A stretch of DNA of 64,000 nucleotides from Lingula anatina. Taxonomy: Eukaryota > Animalia > Brachiopoda. Made by a program: the position numbers and the translations under genes. Of this stretch, positions 37,986 through 51,810 are shown piece after piece (the stretch's first letter is position 1; every line of letters begins with the position of its first letter). Under the pieces are notes generated by a model, which was not told where the DNA came from, did not search any database, and worked only from the letters and a program-made list of their open reading frames with translations. The DNA lies in the NCBI GenBank assembly GCA_051362555.1, contig CM120648.1, positions 18,782,587-18,846,586 of the forward strand, read 5' to 3'.

Positions 37986-38694
37986 TATTGTTCACGCATA
38001 TAGATATCGACAGCTCTTTATTGCCGCGCATGCCGAAGCTTTGCGGAAATTGCCGAAGGCTAGGAAAATTCTTCAAAATATACTTTTATTACATTTAATC
38101 AAATCCAGACTATCTCCCACTGCCCTGAGGTATGGCTAAAGGCTTTCAGTTGTCATCAGACTTTGTAATTTGGGAGAAAAAGTGAAACAGTAACTTCTGG
38201 TGATGAATAATAGGTAATAGTGCTGCAAGGTGTTGTTTTTTATCCCTGATGTACGGGTAGCTTTTTCTACAGTTTCTATAATTCTCTTAACGTATGAAAA
38301 TATGCAGGTTTTCTGATATAATAAGACATTGATAAAATCAAAACCAATAATACTTTTAAAGTCGAGAGTCGGGATAAATATCGGCAAGGTGGAGATATGT
38401 CCCGCCGGCGCTTCCGCAACAGCAAGACTGAAGGACGCAAGTTACAAAGCAAAACATGTTTAGTCAAGTTAAAGACTTAATTACCGGTTTAACTTCGGCG
38501 GCAGTGCCTACTGCTGTGAGCAACATGCGCTGTCCATCGTAATCCCCCTATCATTAACACTGTCGGGGACGTGCGCATTAGCGCGTCTGATGTAGACAGC
38601 ATGTGCTATTAAAGTGACCGGGGACTTATTAGCTATAGTGTACATTAAAAAGCGTAGGAAGGTTAATTGCAGATAATGCTGTGAGGATATTCTA

Positions 38695-40485
38695 GGGGGT
38701 CATGCTGATACTCCCCCGCACCTTAACTCCCCCGTACTAATACTCCCCCGCACCGATACTTCTCCTTAGTAAATTTTTGCATTATGCACATCGATACGAC
38801 CTCACACCGATAGATCCCCGCATCGATAAATCCCCTCTAAAATTGCCGTTATACACACCTCGCAACGATACTCTCAGCATTATTACTCCCCCTATGCAAT
38901 TTCCACGAAACTGAGGGTCTGGGTAACGGAGAGTCATCCCTTTATTTAATTATAGGCCTACAGGTTAGGGTCAATCGACGTAAGTGGGTCAAAATCTAGG
39001 GCGGGGCTGAATTACCTATGCAAATTGATGGGAACTGGACTGTCTATCATGGGAGAGTCTGTCACCTTGCATCAATTTTTTTCACATATAGATTTGAAAA
39101 ATTGGTCAACGACTTGGAAGCACGGCCTACATTGTATAAGAAATACTTTTTTCAAATGGAAAAACGCTTTGGATATTGGTGAGATAAGTAAAAAAAAAAT
39201 GACCACAGGGAGATCCTTGGTGATGTTGTTTTTATGCTATTGCACAGTGCATACAACTCTTAATTGCTTACAATTGAACATCGATATTGTACAAAAGAAG
39301 CCGCAAAGTTCCTAAAAAATCTTGGGCAACAACACATTAGTCTCGGTCACAACCGGCCGCACGGGCTCTTACGACCCGTTTGAGTCCAAATTTTGCGGAG
39401 AATCTCACGTGCCAAGCAAGTCCTGTATGCGAAATTACGAGTTCGTATGCACGTATGTAAGCACGTACGGAGGATACTAAACATTTCCAATAGATTCTAC
39501 AAATAATCTTTGTTACGCTTTATTCTACAAATAATCTCAAGTTACGCTTGCGGCCTCGCTGTTTAAATAATCTTTAAACAGCGAGGCCGCAAGCGTCACT
39601 TGCTCCCTTCGCAAGGAGTTTGCAAGTGAGACTTGCGTGGTCCAAGATGCACGTCGCAAGCAATGAAAGAGAAAGTGCCCTTTGCGTGTTGAGTACTGCG
39701 CACGCCCTCACATCTATGACGAATTAAGTCGAAAACACGGCGGGACTGGGAGAATAATAGTTGTGCTCACGACGCATGCTCGTATCTCTACAATTTCGTT
39801 GTCCAACAATTTTCAAAAATTTTGAATTTTGCTCAATTCAGATTCTAATGTGCCTCCAAAAGACAAGGGAAAGAAGTTTAAGAGCAGAAAAGAAGGTTGG
39901 AGGAAGATAACAGAAAACGAAGCGCTTTAGCACTGCTTTTTTATTATTTAATAATTTAACAAAACCATCGTTGCCTGAAGAAAAGACATAGCTGCGTCAT
40001 CTTAGATTAAAACTAACTTTGCCTTAAGTAAATAAATATAAGGGCATATAATATAAATACGGTAACTACAGTAGGAGAACAATATTAATTTTGCACAAAC
40101 ATTACTCAAATTTACAAGGCATAGCTGTAGGCCTACGTACTGTTAAGCTGCACGCAAAGTCTGAGATCGACTTCGAGTAACGCCCTTTATTTTCCCCAAT
40201 ATATTTCGAATAAAATGTGTCAATTATGTGTCCCAAGAGGGTGGTGCATCTTTAAAAAAAAGTAGCATAATATAAAGGGTTTTGAATCACGATTTGTGTT
40301 TACAAAGCCCAGGGAATCTTTGCTTTGGGGGAGTAGTGTTTTTGCAGAGTATTGGTAGGCGGGAGCATCAGTGGGGGGAAGTATCGATGCGAGGATGTAA
40401 AGAAGCGGGGGAGTATCGGTGCGGGGGAGTATTGGTGCGGTGATGTAAAGAAGCGCGGGAGTATCGGTGCGGGGACATATAGGCA
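38695..40485. mobile_element. Nested element with inverted ccccgcaccg subterminal arrays
   Basis: atactcccccgcaccg arrays on the left and cggtgcgggggagtat arrays on the right; attctag at both flanks; related to 7775-7990. Confidence 0.55.
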
Positions 40486-40925
40486 TTCTAGACGGGGGCG
40501 AACTCGGCCAACATAAAAATTTTAACTTCGTCTTACGATTTTGGAGCGCCTGTTCTAATTTTTAAAAGCGAGGCAATGGAACCAAACAATACGAATCTCA
40601 AAAAAATTGATATTTCTTAATAGAGGTTATAGCCGGGCGTACATCAAAAGGCGGCTCGTTTATTATTGTGATATGTAATAATAATTTATGTAAAAGATAC
40701 GATATAATAGATTCCTGTCGATTAGCTTTATTGATTTTTTAAGTATTTGGAGACTAAAAACACAATTTAAGCTGAATGGTTTCAAATCGAGGCACCACGT
40801 ATTTTAATACTGTTAAAACCATGTAAAGGTCAAGGACGTTTCAGATCGCTGACGGTGCGTGCGCGCCATCTGGTGTTAAGTCCGCGAATGACCGTTTGCG
40901 ACAACTGATTGTTGAGTTGCTGTAA

Positions 40926-41148
40926 AGCCCCCTTTACACTGGACGGCGTCCTTTCTGCGTCCAGCAGTCCGGTCCCATTTGAGAGTTAAAAAATTATAAT
41001 ATTATACATGTCGACAACTGGCCGATCATTGAGCATTCATTCTGATACAAAATTAATGCTCGTGCCTCCTTTTTAAGACCACAGCGATGCCAAATTTCAT
41101 GGTCGCAGAAAGGATGCAGAAAGGACGCCGTCCAGTGTAAAGGGGGTA
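40926..41148. mobile_element. Harbinger/Tourist-like MITE (TAA TSD) inserted in the right TIR of the IS3EU-like element
   Basis: TIR ccccctttacactggacggcgtcctttctgc; TAA on both sides; absent from the left TIR. Confidence 0.8.
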
Positions 41149-41539
41149 TAACTGATTGTTGAGTTGCGATAACTGATTGTTGAGTTGCGGTAACTGACTT
41201 TTGAATCGTTTATTGATTGTTAGATTTTGACGAATGATTAAAATGACCAAAACTAATTTAGTAGAATTAAGTTTAGATAGTTAAAGTAGGTTTTGGTTGT
41301 TAAATAGTGCTGATAGATTGTTGAATTGACGTTTGCATTTTTTGCGTGAATGGCGTTCCATAAAAGACTCGAGATCAAAAGTAAGCAAAAACAACGAACC
41401 TGGAACGTGTTAAGGTACAAACAACGCTGCCAGTCCTGCTGAAGATCTCATCCTTTTATCAAATGTCTCAAATCTCCAACCCAGTTGCAGACCCCACCTA
41501 CAAAATTGTTTCCCAACTTCAATAAATTATTCCCAACTA

Positions 41540-42850
41540 AAGCTGGAACTTCAAGGTTATGATCTTCATAAGGTTATTTTTCTCATCAATGTTATTTCTA
41601 TGTGTTTCCACCTAAATTGCACCACAACTCCTAGCATTCACGCACCTCACATTCATTTATCAGTACTTACTCCTCCTGAAGTGATATGGGACTACATTGA
41701 ATCAGGTTATCCTTTGGGCGGATTGCTGGCACAATTTAGTCTCCTTCTTACAGATTTCAAATATTCAATGTTACATGTTGTCCCTAAATCTGATCTTCAC
41801 AAAACTCGTGTAATTTACGATCTTTTTTTTTATCCCAACCTGGTCTCGGTTGATTCTAACATTCCAAGAGAGTTCTCTGTGGCACAGTACGACTTCATTG
41901 ATGCTGTTATCGCACATGTCCAACATTTTGTTCGTGGTGCTCTTTTAGGTATATCTTATATTCAAGATGTTTTCCACATTTTACCGATTATCAACTGCGT
42001 CCATCCCTTAAAGGCCCAGTGGGTCACCTGTGACCTACACGTTTGACACGTCCCCACCCACACCACACAAAATGAATCCACTTCATTTTGCCATTTCCTA
42101 TTCCTTATGTACTAGTTTATCCTTGTTGACCAATAAGAAACTAGATCATTATCCTTCACTTACTCAAATATGTCTGCCTCCATAAGAAGGAGTAAATGCT
42201 ATTGTCTAGTGGGTTTTTATGTGTCTGTATTGTCATCTCAAGGTAAATAATAATTTCAATATTCTGGCTTTTCATTATAAATACAATAGTCTTAAACCAC
42301 ACAGAAATGTTTTATACAGTTGTTAGCTATGCTTCCGGGTTTAAATTTATTTTTTATGTTGTTATTGTAATAAAAAGAGGTTTGTGATATCTTGAAACTT
42401 AGTCATTTGTTTACCTCTAAAGCCCAGTGGGTCACCGGTGGAACATAACCAAAAACTAGGTCAATGTTGCCCAAAACATTTTTTTCAACATTTATTGATA
42501 AATATGCTTATCACAACCCTATTACCTAGGTATTAAACTTTTCATGCAAGAAAAACATGTCTTGGGCCTTTAAGGGTTTTTCCTGGAATGATCTGTTTTA
42601 TTATGAGAAATGTTTGCCAATAGGTGCAAGTTGTTTGTGCCAGATTTTTTAATCTATGAGTAAAGCTATGCAATGGATTATGTTGGAGAGATTTCATGAT
42701 TCGGCCATGTCCCGTATACTAGATGATATCTGTTTCATTGGACCTCAAAATTCCAAGAAGTGTCAGGTTGATTTTTCTTGTGTTATGACATGGATAAACG
42801 TTTCCATTAACGCAGTAAAAACCTTTACTCTGACCACTTGTTTAACGTAA
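41540..42850 (+). pseudogene. DIRS1-type retrotransposon reverse transcriptase remnant
   Basis: VVPKSD..KTRVIYDL..P...SVDSNIPREFSVAQYDFIDAVI.......GALL...IQDVFHILP, then GFSWNDLFYYEKCLPIGAS...SKAMQWI...ILDDICFIGP. This is the RT_DIRS1 pattern with frameshifts and stops. Confidence 0.8.
42012..42569. mobile_element. Kolobok-like non-autonomous element (TTAA TSD) splitting the DIRS RT
   Basis: ttaa|aggccca...tgggcct|ttaa; RT homology resumes directly after it. Confidence 0.75.
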
Positions 42851-44121
42851 ACAACCTTTACTCTGACCACTTTTCTTTATTTTATCTCATTGAAATAGAT
42901 ATAATACAAATGAAACCTTGGATAGGCTTTTAGGGTTTAATCTGAAATAAAATTTCAGGCATCGGTCAAATGTGTCTAATTTGGTTCAGTTTTGTTGTGG
43001 GATATGGTTGATTGGGCGAGTAATAACCCACCCACTTATTGTCCATGTGGTTCAAGTATGGTGATTTTGATGATCAAGGTAACTGCTTACTCCCTTGTTT
43101 CATTAAGTTATCTGCTATTCGAGGTTCTCTGTTCGAACCAGTAATCTCATTGTACAACCTTAAATTACTCCTAATGTGCCCCCTAGTCATGCGATTCCCA
43201 GATTATAACTTACTTTGATGTGTTTAGGATCTTATTATTTTTTTACTATTAAAAATGATAATTTTCAGTCATATGCACTTTTTTACCTCATTTGCCTTTG
43301 AGCAAAAACAGAGCTGCGTTGTGCTAATGATCATTTGGCTACATAAAACAGCAATTTAGATAATTGTGTTTATGTAGGGAATGTCTACATCAGTGAGATT
43401 TAAGTCATCCAGCTTTTTAGCTGCTTGATATTTACCCGCATTGTTACGTAGTGCAGTTTAAGCAGCTACGCTGGAAGATTACTTGCTTCGTTATTTAATT
43501 TTTATTTGGACACATTCCACCTTCCCCCATCACCCGCCTTAGTCCTTGTGTTTTTCTCTATTTTTTTCTTTTTTTTACTAACCAGAGTCTCTATTTCTGC
43601 GCCAATTACTATTGTGGTTTCATATATATTTTATTCTGAATTTATCTTGGTTGCACCCATTAAACTATATTATTATTATTTATATTATGACATTTATATA
43701 GCATGGGGTGTATGATAATCCCCCATTTTTGTAAGTTTATATCTCATTATCTTCGTCATTAATAAATGACAATTTTCAGTCATATGGACTTTATGCTATT
43801 TACCTTTGAGCAAAAAGCTAAGCTTTGTTGTGTTGGTGTGATTATTTGGCTACATGAATAGAATATTTCATCCACAGAGGTGTCTCTTGGTTGTAAGATA
43901 TATGAAATAATATTCAAATAAATCTGAACTGAAAAAAAAAATTAATTAATTCTATAAAACGCAATATTTTGAAGAAACATGTTGTTGTAAAGAACAGTTT
44001 TCTTGCTGCTGTCATATCACCTGGTAATTGTTTGTGTTCTAGGTGAAGAAGAGCGAGTCCAAGACCAAAACTAAAGACGGCTGTCGACGGTTTCATGCAC
44101 AGAGAGCCCGCAAACGAAGTA

Positions 44122-45586
44122 CACATACTGGACAATAGAAGTGTCACCCCCTAAATCAGAGCAAGGAGTTATCTCTTATAACTCCTTGATCAGAGTAATA
44201 AAAGTAGGCAGATCTTCGGTACTTATAATGTCTGGTCTACTTATAATGTGACTAATGAGTATAAAACCGCTATACCATGGAGTTGTGTTGTTGGTCTTCA
44301 ACTTGTACATGTACAGCAAATATTATTCCTGTCTTCCTCCAATATGGCAAGATACAGGCAATTACATAACGGTTATATGCCTCAAGTTTTAAACCTGAAG
44401 AGACGGAATATAGGCAATGTCAGAATATCGATACAATTGAATTGTTCAGTCAGAACCGTGCAGAGGGTCTGGTCTCGGTATGGAAACACTGGATCAAGAG
44501 ACAAATTGCCTCTGATGGGTCGTCCAAGAAAAACTACTGGCCATGAAGACCGACGACTGATTTTGATGTCCAGGTTGTCAAAGTTCGACACTGCTTGTCA
44601 GTTGACAAGACAGTGGAACAATTTTACACATAAGAATGTGTCTGTGAAAATTACTAGGCGTCGGTTAAATGCTCAGAGAGTGTATAACAGGGTAGCAAGA
44701 CAAAAAAAACTCATATATCGTTACAAAACAGGCAAGGTAGAGTGAACTAGGGTCAACAGGATCTGGAACTGGACAGTCCATGGCAATTGGTCCTATATAT
44801 TTTTTTCTGGTGGGTGTCGCTTTGGTCTGACCTCTGATGACAGATGGGTACGATACTAGCGAACTGCTGGTAAAGCATTTGAAGCACATGCACTGAATTT
44901 TCGAACCCGGAGCAGCATATTTATCATGGTGTGGGGCTGCATCAGCATCCATTGCGTGGGCGAATTGGTAGTGGTTGATGGAAACATGAATCACTAGAAA
45001 TATATCGATGTTTTGGAGTCAGGCTTGCTACCATCTATTACTAACATGTTTGGTGACAGGAGTTATCCATTTGTTCACCAGGATGACAATGCTCCTTGTC
45101 ACAGGCCCAGAGCAGTTGATGATTGGTTTGAACAACAGGACATTCGCAGGTGATGTGGCCTGCCCAGAGACCGGATGCAAGACCGGATGCAAACATACCT
45201 GTAATAGAAAATGTGTGTAATGATATGTCAAAACTTTTGACAAATGTCCGTCTAACCAGTAGAGAATAATAGTTATATTATATAGAAAATAGTTATATTC
45301 AGTGTTTCACGCTTGGGCCAGCATAATCCCTGAACTCATCAGACAATTATATGAAACCTTGCCTAGTAGGCTGGCACCTATTATTAGGTCACTTGGCTAT
45401 GCCACAAGGTACTGGACCTGAAAGTGCATATTTTGGTAGAATGTATACTTGGTTCTCATTTTGTGTTTTTTTTTTTGTGAAATTTGATGTTAATAAAATG
45501 ATACCAGGAGCATAATATTCCACAGTCATTTATCTCCCCCATAGTATTGGTGCTGTAGGGGAGACACTGCTATTGTTCAGTGTGTG
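44122..45586 (+). mobile_element. Full-length but decayed Tc1 transposon
   Basis: TA TSD; TIR cacatactggacaatagaagtgtcacccc. Transposase remnants from ATG 44344: GRPRKTT, MVWGCI, GNMN, HQDDNAPCH, WPAQ.PD, IEN; frameshifts and stops. Confidence 0.92.
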
Positions 45587-46775
45587 TACTTGCATTTTTT
45601 ACTAGATTCTATTTTAAAATGGAGATATTAGGCAGTTCTCTATGAACATTTCATTCGCCTTTGGTGTAAATATTACAAAGGATTACGCAGTGCAGAGGTC
45701 AAATGTCTGATATTAGGGACATTCTGTCCAGCTCTTAAGGAATTATGGGGTAACATTTCATTAAACAGACTTGTAATTATTTCTGAATATATGTCTCACC
45801 GTCTACAGGAGACACATGCAGCACTTAGACATTAGCTTCTAAATAACGCAGTCTGATGCGGATAAAATATATGCTCTTGTTGATAATGTACATAAATTTG
45901 GTGATAGTTGGCGGGGTCTTATCACTAAATGAATATTTTTACCTCTCCGGAAATCAATATAGAATATCAGATAAGATGGGCATGAATAATCTAAATCTGC
46001 AATGTGGTATAAGATATGGATTTTCACACTGGTATTTTGTTTTATGTACCTTAGCCCATGTTGATTACAATGTCTGCAATAAAAATATTAGAGACAGTTA
46101 ACAGGTCTGATGCGATCATTTGTAAACGAAAGCACATGCAATTGGAGGCGTGAAAACCTTTTTGATAAGTGGGTATGCTGTAATAGAAATATAATATACG
46201 TACAAAGAAAATTTTGTAATAGACTTGCGTAGTTGGTTCTGATTTTTATTCGAATATTAAATGTAACAAATGTATTACAAAACATTTGTTTATTTATATA
46301 AGCTGTGAATACCTGTAGCTACGATGTTAATTCAAATGTCTGCCGGGCATTCTATTCATAGGCGTCCGATTTCCAACAACTGTACCAGCACAGCTTTTTC
46401 TGACCGTACCATTGGTGAATCCACTGGGGCAAAGTAAGCCCTCTCCCTCATTTCTTAGCGACGAAACCACATGTGGGCATGTATTATCCTTACCCCACTC
46501 TTTCCCTAACAGACAAAACCAGTCAATATTCCAATTCATGCGCTCTTTATTACAATAAAATTGTCCTGGGCTCGGAACCTCAAAAGGATCGCTATGTTGC
46601 GCACGCGCTATAGCATGGCTAGCGTGCGCTATCCCGTATCTCAAAAGCTTCACAAATCCCGGCCGTGCGCTAATGTCCAAATCGCCATTAGTTTCGAGGC
46701 TATTATTTGCGGCCATACAAACTAGACACAAGTGTTTTTACACATGCGTACTTGGTCATTATATTGAAATCGTCA

Positions 46776-47586
46776 TGGCGGCTAGTTTTGTTGTTATAAG
46801 AGAAAAATGCCAGGAAAATGCTAAAAGAAAGTGTGTGAGACATATAGATCCTATGGTAGAGTTCCAACCCCATATTTTTCATAAGAGATACTGCATGACA
46901 CAGGAGAATGTGCTCAAACTGACCAATATTATTGAGGAACCTCTGAAAAGACCAACTACGAGGTCTTGAGCACTGTCACCCACTACCTAAGTTCTTGCTG
47001 CTTTACGTGTACTTGATACTGGGTCAGATCACAAGGTGGTCGGCGACAGCCTTGATCTGTCACCAATGTCGGTGTCCAGAAGCCTCCATGCTGTGGTAGA
47101 TTCAATTTTAAACAGCCATGACCCAGCACTGCAGATCCAGTTTCCAACTGAAGAGGCAGATGTTAGGAGAGTGAAGAAGCAATTTTACAATATTGCAGGC
47201 TTCCCTAATGTCATCGGTGCCATCGATGGTTCTCTAATTCCAATAAAAGCTCCATCCCAAGATGAGAATTTGTTTGTGTGTCGTAAAGGCTTCCACGCTC
47301 TTAATATTCAAACAATAGTGGATGCCAAATTGAAGTAAGTTAATTAACATTTTAAAGGCATTCAGATATTAGAAAAACCTTTAGATCTACCCTTTGGCTG
47401 TTTCATGTTTGTTTCTATTAACTTGTTAATTTCATTACATTATATAGGTAGTGTAATATACTGCATTATTATCCAATGTTATTTTATTACCACTTATCAA
47501 ACTTATATCTTGAATTATTATTCATTTTAAATACCTCAGAGAAAATTAAATTTCAATGTACATTAGCTTAAAAATATTATTTATCT

Positions 47587-47645
<59 letters not shown>

Positions 47646-47735
47646 ATTTTTATTTTCATTATTTTTATTATTTTAGGTTTACAAATGTAGTTGCAAAATG
47701 GCCAGGTTCAACTCATGACAGCTTCATTTTCACTT
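46776..47735 (+). pseudogene. Harbinger DDE transposase (HARBI1-like), truncated
   Basis: FYNIAGFPNVIGAIDGSLIPIKAPS....FVCRKGFHALNIQTIVDA | intron | FTNVVAKWPGSTHDSFIF; in-frame stops at ~46966 and ~46988. Confidence 0.9.
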
Positions 47736-49029
47736 TGATCTGACCCAGTAGAGACTACATGTAAAGCAGCAATAATTGGTGTAGCAAGCACTTGTGACAG
47801 TGTTTAAGACCTCGTGGTCAGTCTTCTTTAAGGTTCTTCATTGATCCCTTGAGTCAGTTTGAGCACATTCTCTGAAGTCATGCAGGATCTCTTATGAAAT
47901 AGATGAGGTTGGAACTCTAGCATAGGATCTCTGAGTCTCACACACACACTTCCATATTCTCCTGGTATTTTTCTCTAACTCTCAGTTGGATCATTTATGA
48001 ATCATTGTGGGATGAATACGGATTATTGTTTCATTAAACAAAAAAATGAAATTTGATGTTCTCTTTAAAATGTCATAATTTATTATATTTTGCATATAAT
48101 ACTAAGAACTGAAATTTAAAATAAGTGTACAAAATGACAAAGGTGTACAGGTTTGATTTAATATAGCAGCTAGTGTTCATGCAGGAAATTTAATAACAAA
48201 TTCCAGGAATCAAAAAGACTGATACTTTAAGTCAATTACTTTTGAAGTACACTTTCAATGCAAATAGGGCAAAATAAAATCACTTTAAAGTTTATGTAAG
48301 AAACAAAACAGACGGTCAAGTTATGTTTTACATAATTTTTTTTATTTCATGAAATAATAACATTATGAAAATATAAAATATAAAAATATTATAAACAATT
48401 TTCTAAATGTATATTCTTGTCTAAATTAAAGTTAATAAGTACAATATAAAAATAAAGTCCTTTTCAAGGACAAAAGCAAATGAAAACCATCCCTTCTAAA
48501 AGATTTGTAACAAATTCCAGTTCTTTGCCGAGGTCATAAACTTAGTTTAAAATACAGCACTGAATGATCAAACTGATTCACATATTGAAAATTACTGAAT
48601 GAAAAATACTGAAAAATTATCAAAAAGAAATTGCATAAATTAAAGGAAAAAAAATAATACAGTCAAGTTGGCATGTATATCCTTATAATCATTCTTGTAC
48701 GTAAAAAAATAAGTAACAAAGTTTTATTTTTCATTATATTTGTGGTGGCAGGGTCCACAATAGGGATTTTGCCAATTTTGATGCAATATAACATAATACT
48801 CAACAGCATATTCACTACAAAATTAAAATAATATAAGTATATGTGAAAGTTCACAGTACAGGGATGATGACTGCAACAACAGATGCAACTAATGGCTAGT
48901 ACAGTGATGTACAGTAACATACAGCTAGTATGTGTCTTGGCAAAAACATAAAATATCATGATCCCAATAAGATGCACTCACTGGTAAGTATCTACAAGAG
49001 AATCGCACTTCATTACATCCAACTTCATT

Positions 49030-51810
49030 TCACAGTATTCTGTTATTTTTTCAAATAACACTTAGTTACTTTTGTCAATTTCTAATCTCTCCCTTTCTAG
49101 TTGTAAACGCTCTTTTTCTACTTTCAACCTCTCCTCCTCTAATGCTAAGCGATCCTTCTCTACGTTGTAAAGCCTTTCACTTACATCTGAAATTTGAAGA
49201 TGTATGTAATTAATAATTAAATATAAAAATGATATAATAAGAACTCAATCTTTTCAATATTCTAAATTTTACAGATACTGTACTTTTAAATCAATGTGAT
49301 AATTTTTCATAAATGAACATATTCCTGTTGAGTTGCAACAACAAAAATGAAAAGCCGACCATCTGACAATGATGAACGCTTTCATAAGCTATATGTTTGA
49401 AATTACCAATAAAGTTTCATTTGTTAATAGGTATAGAAATAATTAACTCATATGTTTCAACCAATAATAGACTGAAAAGTACACCTGACTGCCCATAGAT
49501 GGTAATGCCTATCACAGCCCTCATTTCCCTGATGAAGTCTGGCTGTAAGCAAACACTATATACATAGGTATAAACTCCCCGAACAAATGATTTAAAAGCA
49601 TTACTTATTCAAACACAAATGTAAATATTAATGTTTATATACCTTGTGATGATGTATGCACCTTCTTCTTTCTATTGGATGAACCGGTTGCTGAAATCGG
49701 CATTTACATGTTAAAATTAGCTGATATAAATAATAATAATGAAAATGCACTTTGATCAAGTGATTATGTAATGTCCTAAATTCATGTGTTAAAATGGGTG
49801 ATGTAATTATAAATTAAAATATGCAAGTAATCAGAAGCAGTGAACATTGATTGGAAAACATAAAATAAATACATATATTTTAATAAAGTCTAAAATTAAA
49901 TATAATAAATACCTCTTCTTTTAAATGGTACATGGCAGGAATGTTCATAGCTAACAAAGAAAATAGCAATACTATATATGAACATATGATGATTACCTTT
50001 CCCTGATGTTAACAAATAATATATCTGTATAAGGATGGGTCCCACTCTGCAGTGACTCTTGTAAAGTGTAATCTGCATAACTGAATGACATGCCTCCTCC
50101 AGCGGCTACAGGGTACTGAACTTGCATGCGTGCTCAGATTAATTACCTCCTAGGTGTTGAAGAAGGCAAGTCACACAGTAAAGGTATAAGGATCTCACAC
50201 AGAGTTGTACCAACCCAACTTAATGTAATAGGCTGTGTTTCCCTGTATGGGGATCTAGGAGATTGCATTCTTTTAATTTTAATTTCAATGTTTCTCTCAA
50301 TATGATAATTTATATTGTTTATATTGTTCATAATGTTCAAAAAGGGCAATAGAAAAGACATCAAGAATTACAGACCCATCTGCCTACTTTCTAACTTGTA
50401 CAAGATTTACACCAAAATATTGACTGAAAGGCTAACAAGACAACTAGATGAAGCACAGCCAAAGGAACAAGCAGCTTTCAGAGGCCAGTACACCACTACC
50501 GATCATATGCACACTGTCAACCAGCTCAAAGAGAAATGTCTCGAGTATAACATTCCACTATGTGTAGCATTCGTTGATTATGAAAAAGCCTTCGACTCAG
50601 TAGAAACCCAGTATATATTGGCATCCCTGCAAGATCTAGGGATCGAAGATGGATACATAGACGTCCTCAGAGACATATACACCGATAGCTCTGTAACAGT
50701 CAAACTGCACAAGACCACCAATAAGATCAGGATCAAGAAAGGTGTACGCCAAGGAGATACAATCTCTCCTAAACTGTTCACAGCAGCATTGGAACGTATA
50801 TTCAGGGATCTAGACTGGCAGGACAAGGGCATAAACATAGATGGTACCAAGCTCAATCACCTTAGGTTTGCAGACGACATCATAATTGTAGCAGATGATG
50901 CAAAAGACCTCGAAGAAATGCTGCAGGCGTTAGCAGATGAAAGCATAAAAAGTGGGCTAAAGATGAACACCAGCAAGACAAAGGTGATGTTTGGACCACT
51001 AACCACCCCTTGCACAGTGAAGGTCAATACCAAAGAAATAGAAGCAGTAGAAGAGTATATATACCTTGGGCAACGGTTCAGCCTTAGGGATCGAACACTG
51101 TCACAGAGTCAGTCTAAGTTAATTACTCTACTTAATATCATCTTGATGTTCTTAAAGCAATTAAATATAAAACGAAGTTAGCCATTGTGCAATTTAATAT
51201 ACAAATTCATTTTTTTGAAATAAATAACAAAATAACACCTTCTTCCACTCTGACAGTGGACTGGGCCCCACACCACCACCTGTCTGCCGCATTGCTGCAC
51301 GGCGTTTGGCCTCTTTGCGTTTAGTGCGAGACGTGAGGTCATGCCATTTTTTCCTGACCTCTCGGAAACTCCTCTTTATATGTGAAACACTGTTAACTCT
51401 AAAAGGAAAGCATTCATAATTTTAATAAAAAAATATATAAGAATCACCACTTTATTGCTTCATCATACTGTGCATGACCATGTCAAGATGTGTTAATAGA
51501 GAGCAATTACAATTACTTTTATTGAATAACTACAACAACATACCAAACTAAATCATCAATAAGCAATAATTAAATATAATGGATATAATTTTAACATGGC
51601 AAAACAGACTTCGATTAATAGAAAAGGATTGTTAATCATAATTATTCAACTTACTTTTCGGCAACTTCAGCCCATTGTTTTTCTTTGGACTTTAGAGTCA
51701 CGGTGTTGGTGAAGGGGCTAAATAGTGTAGGTCTACACGAGACCTCCTCCACCAACACCGCGAGCTCATCGGTTTTATAACGCTCCCTGCTGTGTTTCTC
51801 GATTTCACGT
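49030..51810 (-). pseudogene. Harbinger Myb/SANT-like DNA-binding accessory gene (spliced)
   Basis: Exon ~51810-51655 SRERYKTDELAVLVEEV...LFSPFTNTVTLKSKEKQWAEVAEK; exon ~51398-51238 VNSVS..KRSFREVRKKWHDL...RQTGGG; coiled-coil exon ~49187-49040 VEKDRLALEEERLKVEKERLQLERERLEI. Confidence 0.82.
50318..51095 (+). mobile_element. RTE-clade LINE reverse transcriptase fragment
   Basis: KKGNRKDIKNYRPICLLS, EQAAFR, FVDYEKAFDSV, GVRQGDTISP, LRFADD, YIYLG; open frame but no endonuclease domain or 3' tail. Confidence 0.92.

Larger units (their letters stand above)
33541..41362. mobile_element. 7.8-kb non-autonomous TIR element, IS3EU-like (TAT...ATA termini, 6-bp TSD)
   Basis: TIR tatggaacgccattcacgcaaaaaatgca; long subterminal inverted homology (33541-34135 vs 40825-41362); TSD aaagac at 33535-33540 and 41363-41368; no transposase ORF. 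Confidence 0.85.

Noticed and set aside
47590-47638. (TA)n and other microsatellites (7237 GA, 11520 AAAT, 23467 ATT)
   Set aside because: Ordinary simple repeats.
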